Shown one piece after another: positions 50,900 to 62,735 of a stretch of DNA of 64,000 bases. How positions within the stretch are numbered: the stretch's first letter is position 1; each line of letters starts with the position of its first letter. The notes under the pieces are model-generated. The model made no database searches. It was not told where the DNA came from and saw only the letters and a program-made list of their open reading frames with translations. Source of the stretch: Dimorphilus gyrociliatus (Eukaryota > Animalia > Annelida); contig CAJFCJ010000019.1 in the NCBI GenBank assembly GCA_904063045.1, positions 62,001-126,000 of the forward strand. Direction: 5' to 3'. The position numbers were made by a program, and so were the translations under genes.

Positions 50900-53800
50900 A
50901 TGGCCGCAAATCGACAAAAAATATTTTCTTTTTCGAGTTTACCTATTATTCTACTAATTACTTGCTCAGCCTCTTTACTTGAAAGATCAGCTGGTCAAGG
51001 GTTAGCAATCGATGATTTACTGGCACTTATCGATGAAGATATGATAGAGCAATTCTTCGGACAATTGGAAAATAGTGATATGAATGTTGATGAATTTTTG
51101 TACAAGATGCGAGATTTAATGAAAAATTTACGAAATGTCACTGGAAGCGACATTTTACAATTGATTCAATCTGAATTAAACCAAGAAAATATGGAGGATA
51201 TCTCTAAAATTGTTGTTAGGAATATTCTCACTACTGAGCTGCAGTGCAATTATGATTTGAAGTCTGACGCTGACAATAGACGCCTGGCGGAACGATGCGA
51301 ACAAGAGTTATTAACACTTTATCAATCTAATGAAACGTGGGCTTGGTCAAGTAAGCTAGTACAAGAAAAATTTTATTGAGACCTTTGTCAGATAATTTTC
51401 TGTTATTCAGTGTTAGATTCCAATGGTAAAGGCAGCTTTTCATCTATGTTGGCCCAAGGGGAATGGTTAGGAGAATACGATCAGTGTAAAAGTGTTTCGG
51501 GTCGTATTTCTGCAAATCGAACGCATACAGAACTGGAATATTTTAATGGTCATTACTTAAAAATTACTGTAAGAGGATTCTTGGGCCTAGAACAATCATT
51601 GGATAGAATTAAGCTAGGATTTTGCGCCACACCTAGTTGTAAAAAGTTCTTTGAGAGAAAGAAAAAATGTAACACGTATTTTTTTTTATAAAACTTAAAG
51701 TAATATAGTGATATACGTTCTAGTTATTATTCGCGATGATAGCTGCAAGTACGAATTGGCGAGAGGTTTTGTCGAAGTGGAAAAAGATCAACCGCCTTTA
51801 ATTAAAGATGTTTCGGCAATATTTGGCATGTACGATTACAGTCTACAGAAACATTAAACTTCATTATTTATATTAAATTTCGTAGATTTTTCTTCTCCTC
51901 CTTCACTGTACTCGTTATCTTTGGTACTGTGGCTGATTATATAGTAGAAAATCATTGTGATGAAGCGAGAAAGGCAAAGATCATAGAGTGTACTTGACAC
52001 CTTTATTTGTCTCTCCAAGAGAGAGAAAAAAATTTAACTATTCTTCTTTTTCCTAAAGGTACTACCTACAAAGTCATCTGTGCGTTTTCGGCCTATACGA
52101 ATCTATCAAAACTGTTGGATGCTAGACATAGCCAGAATAGTTTTACGGCTATACACGGAATCAGGGCCATAAGTATTAGTTGGGTGGTACTCGGCCATTC
52201 CTATTTATTATGGATAGATAGAGCTGGTGAATAAATCGGATAATAGTTTATAATAGGGAACATTATATTATTCTTTATTTATAGGTAATAGAATGGAATT
52301 TTTAAAATTACCGCAAAGTTTAGCTTTTCAAGCAATATTAAATGCTAATCTTTCCGTTGATACATTCTTTGTCATCAGTGGATTTTTAACAACATATCTC
52401 TTTATTAAAGAACTTAAGAAACGAGGCAAAAAATTCATAAATATTAAAACAATACTACTCTTCTTTCTACATAGGATTTGGCGGCTTACACCATTCTTAG
52501 CCGCTACCATTATTTTTTATTCAACAATCTTGCCAAGATTAAGAACAGGTCCAATTGAAATGAGCTATAGACGTAAAGCTGGCAATGGTTTAGGTGACTT
52601 TGGTCTTTGCAAAACCTATTGGTGGAGGAATATATTATATATAAATAACCTTTTTAAAGCATCAGAATCAGTAAATATTTTCTATATATAGATTTATTAT
52701 CTAATACTTTTTATTAATTTTCTCAGTGTCTCGGACACACCTGGTATCTATGTGTTGACATGCAATTATACATATTCTTGGGAATAGGTTTATTCATATA
52801 TGCTTTGTACGTATTCCTACTTTTATCATTTTAAATTATCATACCGCATTTAGAATCTCTTTTATTTCATTGAATTATATAAACTTATTATAAGTTAATA
52901 AAGAATAAGTACCCTTTCTCTTTACATGTTTTTTTCTATCAGTAAACCGATGATAACAATTGTCTACTTGTTTGTTTTGTTTGCCGTTCATTTTATAGCG
53001 AATCCTCTTCTCTTAGGAAGTATAATGTCAGTTGAAAATTTTCCTTTTTTTTTTAATATAAAGAGTTATAAAGTATAATGTACTTTCAGCGATAATGATG
53101 GACAAATTAGCTTTAAAAAACAACGTGTGATACACGAGAGCATTTATGTTAAACCTTATACGAGGGTTGGCCCGTATATTATTGGGGTTTTTCTTGCTTA
53201 TGTTATGCATATGAAGAAGCATAAAAGAATATCAAGTATTTTCATTCTTCTCGGATGGATATTTTTCTCTTCATGCGCTATAATTTTACTTTACGCTAAA
53301 TGGACTGATGCTAGTAAACATTTTACACCATGGACATTAGCAGAAAGAAAAGCGTACGAAACTCTAAATAGACCAGTTTGGGGACTTTGTATAGCTTGGG
53401 TAATTTGGGCATGTCATGAAAATTACGGTGGTTTTATTAATCAAATTGTTTGTATAAAAGAAAAGGAAATATTAAAGCTTTAATTAAATTGATAATCTTT
53501 TTCAGTTATCTTCTATATACTTTATCCCTCTCAGTCGGCTAAGTTATGGTATTTATCTAACTCATTGGACCGTAATAACCTACGTTTACATGACTGCAAG
53601 ATATAAACGCTTTTTCTCCCACGCTAACGTCGTAAGTAACAAGATTTTTTATTTTAATTTAGACTTTGAAAATCATTTAATCATCTGGCTTTTCCTCATA
53701 TTAACAGTTCTATGACTTTGTGTCAAACATGACGTTAACAATAATCTTATCGACTTTATTCTCTCTGACCTTCGAATTCCCTTTCGTAAAATTAGAGAAA

Positions 53801-53941
53801 ATATTATTGGCCCCGGTTAGAAGTTCAAAGAAGAAATCAAATGATGAAGATTATAATAAAAGTTTATCTGAAACTGACAACAATACTAAGGCAAACCTAT
53901 TGAAAGAGGGTGCAGTGATAATAGGAAAAGAAGTGCCCTAA
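50900..53941 (+). CDS. Nose-resistant-to-fluoxetine-6 / OACYL-like membrane acyltransferase (multi-exon)
   Basis: Signal peptide, NRF-domain motifs (MLDSNGK, GEWLGEYDQC), and Acyl_transf_3 motifs IHGIRAISISWVVLGH, SVDTFFVISGFL, HRIWRLTP, WYLCVDMQL, YVKPYTRVGPY and EFPFVKLEK. Confidence 0.92.
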
Positions 53942-54081
53942 GGAATTATCATCTAAGACGACAGGTGGCGCAGTAAAGTCGTCAAGTTTAATTTAGAACC
54001 AGTATTCTATATTGCGTGTGCGATTTTAATTTTTTTGTTGGCTGCATAACGTAAGGAAATATTGACTTAAAAGGCTTCGAT

Positions 54082-54361
54082 ATATATATATATATATATA
54101 TGTATACGTAGAATATATTATAATATATACATATATATATATATATATATAAAGCTGAATATATCTGTTTTATTTCTGTTGAAATTATGAGTATAAAGTG
54201 ACTTTTATATAAAGAAACGCCTGATTAAAAATCATTGAATATAAAGCAAACTACAGTAGTCTTTTATATATTAAATACAAAGGAAAATTTTGATTTATTA
54301 TTAATATGGAACAATTCGCTTGAATGGTCTTTATCGTAGGGAGCAACTAAAAGCAGGATAC

Positions 54362-54393
<32 letters not shown>

Positions 54394-55740
54394 AATTATA
54401 TGACGCGTTTGAAGGCATCACTACCAGCGCAAGGAGAGGCGCTGGCCGATAGCATTGTATTTTTGAAGCTATAAATGGAGACACCAGCTAAACAGGTGAC
54501 GATTTTGTTGTAAATTTTGTTGATTTTATTGTTTGTATAACGTTTTCATATAATATCTAAGCTATTGCACGTGTTGTTTTTTTTTAACATAGAGATGTTA
54601 TATATTACAAATAAGTAGAGTATACGTATTCATTAGAGTTAAATCTCTTTATCTAATACTAATTTTTAATGAAAATGAAAAGAGTCTTTACCTTATAAAA
54701 AGTTTTAAATAATAAATCATTAAGATGTGTAATTGTTTAAAATAAGAATAATATATTATTTATTAATTATACAATATATTTGATTATAACAATCTCTTTT
54801 ATTATTTAAAAGTAAAATTAAATATTATTTCTAATTAATGTATTATTAAATTGAAGGAACATTCTTATTTTGTACCTATATTTTAATTAAGCTATTTGTC
54901 TAGCTAGATTCAGGTAGTATCTTGAAGTATAAGAAGTAGTAGGGAGAAATGTAAAAGAAGTCTTCTTTTAATAATAATGATTTTTTTTTTGTGTTTTCTA
55001 TTCCAAATGGAAAAATAAAACTCTATCTTTCTTTTACCTTACTCCTAATTTTTTCCAACGTTTAGATATTTAGAATTGTCTATCATTTTTATTGAATTAT
55101 GCATTAAATGCCAAAAGATGTTCCCTTTATCAACTATCTAATATTATTTTATTTATATTATAGTAAATACTAGTCAATTCATTTATAAAATCTAATTAAT
55201 TTTATTCGCTATTAATATAAACTAAAAGCTTAGGAAACGTCAAAAGTATTTTATGTGCGAAGCCTAGTATATACAGAATATACTTCATATACACTTTGTA
55301 TAAATATACATATATAAATCTCTCTTTCAATGTAAAAGGTATATAAATATATCAATCATCTTTATCTCTTTGTTTCTCTTTCCCTGTCTTTGCTATTATA
55401 ATTTTATGTTTTGTCTGGGTTAATGTACAAAATAAGTCATAGTTTCTCTAACTTTTACCAATACTTTTAAAAGAGAAAACTTACTCTTAATAAAGGTGAG
55501 TTTTTCATTAAAGAGCTTCATTAATTAACAGGTTTTTTTTCTGCAAAATACAAAAATAGATTTAACAGAAACATGGAGAGAGAGCGAGAGAGAGAGAGAG
55601 AGAGAGAGAGTTTAAGAGTGGGTAATCAAGGAAATATAGAACAACGCCCTTAAAAAAAAATAATAAAACAAAATACTATATAAAGTTATTTATACAACAG
55701 TATTAGTATACATTGTATCTATATATATATATATATATAT
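54082..55740. repeat. AT-rich spacer with several (TA)n and (GA)n microsatellites
   Basis: TA runs at about 54082-54150, 54362-54387 and 55716-55740. GA run at about 55576-55610. Confidence 0.85.
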
Positions 55741-56521
55741 TGTCTTCGAGTGCTTTAACAACTACTTTTGCAGAATGTTTTACCTTAAAAGAATTAAAAG
55801 AGGGAGAAACAAAATTAAGAGTAAATTATCCGTCGTATATACTGGAATAGAGTAATTAAACTATGTGTAAAAAACACTTGTAGAGAGTTTATAAATACTG
55901 AGAATAGATAGATAAGCGAAACGCGATATACTATATATAAAATCGTACTATTATCGATTTTATTGATAGTTTATGTTTTATTAAGATAAGAAGTGATGGA
56001 CACTCAGTTATCATCTCAATACTTTTAGTATATACTAATAGATATCTTAGGCAAAATATTTATTGAGCTATTGATTTATTAATTATATAATATCCAAATT
56101 GAATAGACTTTTACGATTAACCAACGAATAGATATTTCAAAATAATCTTCACTTTCCCAAAGGAAGGAAAGTAATACAAAGAAAGAAAGAGAGAGAGAGA
56201 GAGAGAAAGAAAGAAATAGGTAGGATATAGCAAAAGATGAATAATAAAAAAACAAAGGGCTATGTAGTAATGATGATTATGTGAAAAGAATATAAGAAGA
56301 ACAATGACATAAAGTACTTTAGTAAAATATGCAAAGATTTTGGTTAATGCACTTAAATTCATTTTTTTTGTATAAGACTGCAAATTTGGAACGCATTAGA
56401 AGAAAGAATGATAAAAACACATAATATTGAAGAAAAATAAGAGATTAATAATGATCATAAAAGGCAGCAGCACTCTTAGAAGGATTATCACAGAAAAGCA
56501 TCATCGACTATAAATATTTGT

Positions 56522-58978
56522 TCAACCTAATCCGGTTGTTGGACGTGATGGTCCTACTCCAGATGATTTCACACCCTTCTTTTTCCCTCCCTTTTTCCCT
56601 CTTCTCTTTGGTTTCTCAGGTTCGGGAGTTGGAGCCGGTCTCTCCCGAGGATCTCTCTCTTTGTATTTTGTTTGATTTTCATTCAGCATTTTTATGTCCT
56701 TCTTCCTCATTGTTTCCCAACAACTAGGCATATAAACGACCTTGTTGTCGCTAATATCTATTTCTTTCAAAGAGGGGAGCTTACTAAGCGTCTCTGGAAG
56801 GTCTTCAATTATATTATCTTGCAGTTGTAATCGAACAAGATGCTTCATCTTGAAAATATCTTTAGGAATTGATGAAATATCATTGGACGAAGCGTTTAAA
56901 ATTTTCATCCTATACAAATAAGGTATATCTATAGGAAATTTATCTATATGATTATTGCTAATATCCAGTTCGAGGAGTGAAGCTAATATATCTAATTGAT
57001 CGTTAGGAAACCAGCAGATTTCGTTGTTGGAAACGTTAAGGATTGTTAATTCCCTTAATTCTCCCATATTCGGTGGAAATGAGGCTATTTTATTTTCTGA
57101 TAGATTCAAATATTGAAGAACCGGTAGATGTGTTAAGGAAATGTGAAATTCCGTGAGTGAGTTAGATGACATGTTTAAGTATCTTAAATTACGAAGATTA
57201 GTTCCAAGTATCTCCGGTAAGGTAGTAATACTATTGCTGCTGAGATCTAAACTTGTTAAAGCTCGCAATTGAAAAAGTTCGACTGGTAATTCTGTCAAGT
57301 TATTTTGGTGCAAGTCCAATACTGTTAAACTTTTTAGTTTGCACACGTTGGGTGGTACCTCTTCCATTGCTAATTCGGAAGCATATAGTTCTTTCAAGTT
57401 ACGACGATATTGTGGCTTTTCCAAGTGTACAAAGAGTGAACCCCTCGAATCGTCTGCCGGCATTTGTATTGGATTTCCGCAAATACGTAAAATTTGTGTT
57501 GATTCTGGCAAGGAGAAGCCGCTCAATTTATTATTAGAAACGTCCAACTCTACAAGCTGTTGTAAATAATCGAAACCTTTCGGTAACGCTTGAAGATTAT
57601 TCTTATTGAGCCTCAAAAAAAATAATTTTCTTAGCTTCCTTACTTCTCTTGGCATTTCTTCAACTAGATTATCGGATAAATCTAGCGTTTCTAACAATTG
57701 TTCATCACCCAAACTTTCAGGAACGCTGCGTATTTTATTATTAGCTAGGAAAATATGTTTTAAAGAAGTTATCAATCCCAGTTTTTCAGGGATATAGGCT
57801 ATAGCATTGTTATTCATTTGCAAGTGTACCAAACTCCTTAACAAATCTATATGTTCGGGAATAAATTCAACATTATTGAAAGAAAGATCCAAATACTCCA
57901 ATGATTTCAAATGAACCAGAGGATCCATTTTGTTAAGCTGATTATGGGATAAATCGATCTTTTTCAGAACTTTTAAACTCTTGAAACTCCTAGAGTCTTT
58001 TCCTTGGACTTTCTCTAAGTGAGAAGGATAAGATTTAATTAGATTATGTGATAAATCAAGAACTTGCAGCTGATATAATCTATCAATATTCGCGGGAATA
58101 TGTTCTATTTTATTCATGTTGGCTATTAGCTCTCTTAAACAAAATTCCAATTCACATAGCTCTTCAGGTAGTTGTGTCAACTTATTTTGACTAACATCCA
58201 AAACTTCAAGATATTTTATTAAGCCTATTTGAGGCGGTAGCTCTTGTAAATCATTGTCAGACAAGTATAAGTGGGTCAAACAAGACAAAAATTCTATGCC
58301 TGACGGTAAGCATTGAAGATTATTCGAAGAGGCGTTTAATTTATGAAGGCCAGGGTTCTTAATACTTATTGAAGGCAATTCATTTAATCGATTGTTAGAT
58401 ACATCAATGTCCATGTGCATTTTGTATACGTTTTTCTTCAATGTTCTTATCATATTGTGCGACAAATCCAGCGTTTTTAGAGATGGAGCAGTTCCCAGCT
58501 TTGCAGGAACTTTCCTTATTTTATTGTGAGACGCATCTAGGGCAGTTAATTGACTTGCCTTATGGGTACGGGCGGGAAGGCTTTTCAATTGATTACCAGC
58601 GACGTCAACTGTTCTGAGCTGTTTCAATTTTGCAATTGTACCCGGTAATTTTGCAAGTAGATTATTATGTAAATTTAGATTATCTAGTTCTCGTAGTTCA
58701 GAAATTGCTGCTGGTATTTTTTTCATTTTATTATTCGGAGCGTCTAAAGTTCTGGCAAAATCCTGTACCTCTTCATTTTTATATATTTCGGCTGGAAGAG
58801 CTTTAGCCAACATAGTTGAAAAGTGCAATTCGACTCCCTTAACACCCTCCATTCTTGGCTTAATATGTTTCTTGACAGTAGCAGGTAGAGATGATATTTT
58901 ACTACCAGGTCCGACAGGTGGAGCCGGCTTATCGTCTTTCCTCCGCCTAGCCGAACTACCCGATTTAGCTCCAGACAT
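56522..58978 (-). CDS. Intronless LRR-only protein (818 aa, over 25 LxxLxLxxNxL repeats)
   Basis: Continuous SHOC2/LAP-type 23-aa LRRs with basic low-complexity N- and C-terminal tails. No TM, PDZ, ROC or kinase domain seen. Confidence 0.92.
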   Translation of the reverse strand: MSGAKSGSSARRRKDDKPAPPVGPGSKISSLPATVKKHIKPRMEGVKGVELHFSTMLAKALPAEIYKNEEVQDFARTLDAPNNKMKKIPAAISELRELDNLNLHNNLLAKLPGTIAKLKQLRTVDVAGNQLKSLPARTHKASQLTALDASHNKIRKVPAKLGTAPSLKTLDLSHNMIRTLKKNVYKMHMDIDVSNNRLNELPSISIKNPGLHKLNASSNNLQCLPSGIEFLSCLTHLYLSDNDLQELPPQIGLIKYLEVLDVSQNKLTQLPEELCELEFCLRELIANMNKIEHIPANIDRLYQLQVLDLSHNLIKSYPSHLEKVQGKDSRSFKSLKVLKKIDLSHNQLNKMDPLVHLKSLEYLDLSFNNVEFIPEHIDLLRSLVHLQMNNNAIAYIPEKLGLITSLKHIFLANNKIRSVPESLGDEQLLETLDLSDNLVEEMPREVRKLRKLFFLRLNKNNLQALPKGFDYLQQLVELDVSNNKLSGFSLPESTQILRICGNPIQMPADDSRGSLFVHLEKPQYRRNLKELYASELAMEEVPPNVCKLKSLTVLDLHQNNLTELPVELFQLRALTSLDLSSNSITTLPEILGTNLRNLRYLNMSSNSLTEFHISLTHLPVLQYLNLSENKIASFPPNMGELRELTILNVSNNEICWFPNDQLDILASLLELDISNNHIDKFPIDIPYLYRMKILNASSNDISSIPKDIFKMKHLVRLQLQDNIIEDLPETLSKLPSLKEIDISDNKVVYMPSCWETMRKKDIKMLNENQTKYKERDPRERPAPTPEPEKPKRRGKKGGKKKGVKSSGVGPSRPTTGLG

Positions 58979-59441
58979 GTCTTTTTATTTTGTTCCGCTC
59001 TATCCTATAATATTTTCATAACTAGAAATAAAACAACAAAATAAAGAGAGAGTAAAATATCAGTACTAATAAATAATACTATTTCTATTCTATGATTAAT
59101 GACTTTTTGCAACGCTTCGATATTTTATCGACAAAGGGCGAAGAAGTTGCAATTAAATTTCGATTGAATAATTCTACTAATAATAAAAGAGAGTGAAATT
59201 GTTAATGAAACAAAAGTCTATGCTGAGAATCAAAATATCAACAAAAAGAGAAAAAACAACTCAATAAAGACATTCTATAATTTTTTATTACCGTTAATTT
59301 TAGATACAATCGTTTAAATCCTCTTTTCAAATAGGAGCGTTTGTTTAAATAAACAGAGCGAAAGGACGACGGAATAATGAATGAAATAGGCAATAATTTT
59401 TTTTAGCCTATTGATATAAAGATTATGTTTTTTAACCTAGA

Positions 59442-59445
<4 letters not shown>

Positions 59446-59474
<29 letters not shown>
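59446..59474. repeat. (CT)n microsatellite
   Basis: Read directly from the sequence. Confidence 0.9.
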
Positions 59475-59478
<4 letters not shown>

Positions 59479-60653
59479 CTCATTCATTCGCCTACACTGT
59501 CACACTCTTTTCTAGAGATTTATTTCCCTATTCATTTAATAGAAAGTGATTTAAACACTTTTTCTCTTGTCTACCACTTTTTTTTTCTATGTGCAGAATT
59601 ATTCAATAACCTACTTAATGCTTTCCAAGCGATCGATGGTTTAAGCGTTAATCTGGCGAAAGGATTAGCTTGTTCGGTATATTAGTCATTTTTTTCTAAT
59701 AAAATCCTTCTAAACCGTTAAGAAATCTTACATAATATCGTTGCTAAATGATAGCAATTAATCTTTCCTATTGTATAGTTCAATGCTATAAAGTTTAACC
59801 TAAATATTCAGGTTTTATTTGCAAAAATACAATTAAATATATAAATTTTCAATATAAAAATGCAAGGGAAAGTATAAGTAAATGTTGAGAAACAGTTGAA
59901 AAATAAGTAAAGTTCTTCTCGTTCAACTAGTTAAACATAGAGATTTATTTATAAGATTTATTAACGATAAAGTTAACTAAAAGCAGGATTATTCTTATGA
60001 TAATTTCAATTAGTTCCTGTCTTTAGATGAATTTTAATCATTTTAGACTTTTTTTTGATGAAATGATAACAAAATAAAGCTAAAAATCTCACCTTAAAAA
60101 GGAGCAACAGAAGTTTGCTTTGTGTCACCTATCACCTGGTTACCGTCAACAAACCACCTTAGTGTCATCTGGTGTCATAAAACTTTTAATCTTATTCGAT
60201 TATTGGTGATGTTTTTGCCATTACTCCCAATCTGTTGTTTATCTTTTGACTAGCGAATGTAATAATTGTTTATTAAATAATTAATTATAAATATTTAAAT
60301 ATTAATTAACGAGTAATTAATTCTCATGGAATGATAAATTTGAATTTTAATTAAACATTGTACCTTGGCTGCATTTTTATTTTATTACTTAGAACTCATT
60401 ACGTTCATTATTAAACATTGCCTTTTGAAAAGGCGATCTACTAACTGGAAATTAAATACAGGGAAGACAGGGAAAGAGAAAAGTATGCTCCTAGGTGATA
60501 CTAATATTCTGAATTAATGAGGTTGAAAAAGAGATATAGATAGAGGGAAAGAGTGAAGGGAAAGGTCATCTGGAAACAATTTTTTCATTCTTAAACATGC
60601 ATGCTTATATACCATACTCGTTATCTAATACATGAACATCTTTATAAATAGAT

Positions 60654-61688
60654 ATGAATCGTTCATCGATTGTTGTTACTTCGAAGACATTTGATTATGT
60701 AATGGGCGTTTGGATTCCAACAATTACATGCTGCTTAGGAATCGTTGGAAATGCTCTTTCCCTGGCTACATTATCATTGGAGAGAGTTAAAAGGGCCAAT
60801 ACTTATTCCCTAATGGCTCTTGCATGTGCGGATTTAGTACTACTTTGTTTTGCTCTTATTCAACAAGCTATACCGATGTTATGTCAGAGATCTAAATCTA
60901 CCAGTGATTTTTGTAGATTTCAAGGCTATTTAAGAGTCTATAGTTGGCCTATTATTTGTATGGCGCAAACAGCGTCAATTTATCTAACGTTATTAATTTC
61001 GGGCGAAAGGTATCTAGCAATTAAGAATCCTTTCAATCTCTGCCAATTATCTAAAGTATGCCGTTATATTATTCTCATATTGGTCTTTTCTATTCTCTTC
61101 AACGTACCAAAATTCTTTGAATTTAAAACGGTAACAATTGAGAAATTCAATACAACGTTTATCGAAATGAATCAGACAATGTTAAGGGAGAATAGCATTT
61201 ATAGGTACGCCTACAACACCGGTTTGTATGGTTTAATTATGTACGCAATACCGCTTGTCTCTCTATCAATTCTCAACGTTCAAATTGTTGTAGCTCTGAG
61301 TAGAGCCAAAAGAGAATGGGCATTTTTAAATAGGCATCAACAAAAAGAGATGAAAGCCACCAAAGTTCCACTTTGTATAGTTATTGTGTTTATCATTTGT
61401 GGAACGCACAACTTTCTATCATTTACCTTTGATGCAATATACATCAACTATAGAAAATATAAATGGCTTCAAATTTATACGGCAGTTGGTAACGTGTTGG
61501 TTGTTTTAAATTCCGCAATTAATTTTCTCATATTTTATACTTGCGGAGCCAAATTTCGGAAACAATTTAAACAACTGATTACTTGCAGAGGAAAAGACAT
61601 TAGAAATGATTTAATATCCAGGGAGAAGACTATTCTACTTAATTCTTTTAAATCTGTTAATAATGCTACGGACACCGGCTGTCTATAA
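60654..61688 (+). CDS. Class A GPCR, FMRFamide/sex-peptide-receptor-like, intronless
   Basis: Seven hydrophobic segments with GIVGNALS, LACADLVLL, ISGERYLAI, LFNVPKFFE and NSAINFLIFY. Confidence 0.92.
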   Translation: MNRSSIVVTSKTFDYVMGVWIPTITCCLGIVGNALSLATLSLERVKRANTYSLMALACADLVLLCFALIQQAIPMLCQRSKSTSDFCRFQGYLRVYSWPIICMAQTASIYLTLLISGERYLAIKNPFNLCQLSKVCRYIILILVFSILFNVPKFFEFKTVTIEKFNTTFIEMNQTMLRENSIYRYAYNTGLYGLIMYAIPLVSLSILNVQIVVALSRAKREWAFLNRHQQKEMKATKVPLCIVIVFIICGTHNFLSFTFDAIYINYRKYKWLQIYTAVGNVLVVLNSAINFLIFYTCGAKFRKQFKQLITCRGKDIRNDLISREKTILLNSFKSVNNATDTGCL

Positions 61689-62735
61689 AAGGAAAGAGAG
61701 GGGAACAAATTTCAACTTTATTTCAACAAGAGACAATTAATAGAAAACATAAAAGAACTTAAAACAAAGATACTATCTGATTGAGAAACGATCGTAATAT
61801 TTTTATATCAATGAATCAATGTTGTCGCCTTAAAATTCTTTGTATGCCCATCTAATTCTTTCTTTTCAACTTTAAACTTGTTTAACTCCCTCCTTCCCCT
61901 CCGCTCTTCCTTCTTCTTCATCTTCTTTATGCTTAACCATTTTCGTTGAAGAATTGTGCTTTATATACGTTTTAATCACTCTTCCAAAGGAAATCATATG
62001 TTGCTGTGTATTCTACTTATAATATAAAGCTCCCCCTTCTAATGTGTTTTTTTGAGAGTACTTAAATTTAGTTATAAGCGATATTTGCACGTTATATCTG
62101 ATACTGATAATTTATACATATATATATATATAGTTCACTTTGTTATTCCTATTTCATATACATGCCGAAGAAATCAAAAAAAAGTGAAAGAAAATATTCT
62201 ACTTTGCCTTTTTGTTCTGGTTTTTTTTTATAAAAGAAAACATTTACCATTTTCATTTTCATAGAGAAAATTGATATATGGCATTAAGTTACGGACGAGT
62301 GATGGAGATAGCGTCTACTTTATGAACAACTGTCTCCATCTATTGGATTATGGTTCGGAAAGAGTAAAGTATAAAGCGACAGACGTAGGTGATTTACATT
62401 AAGAGAGAATTCCTAGCGAGACGAACAAAGTTTTAACGTTGAAAGGTTTATCCGAAGATTTGCTAATTTTCACCTATACTTAATGAAATTTGAAAAGAGC
62501 TGCCTATGTTTATTTGTTTGTTTTTAAAGAGAAGAGAAATAGATAAAATAGAATAAAACTAACGGAAAAAAGGGCAGAGGAAAAAGGACAAGAGGAAAAC
62601 AGCTGCTTTATCCGCCGTAAAAAGTTACAGAAGAAAGAAACGAAAGGAAAGGAAGACAAAGAGAAGAAAATGATAGAATAATTTGATAGAGAATTTTTTA
62701 ACTTTGAAGTTGAGCTAATCAATTCATTGGGTAAA

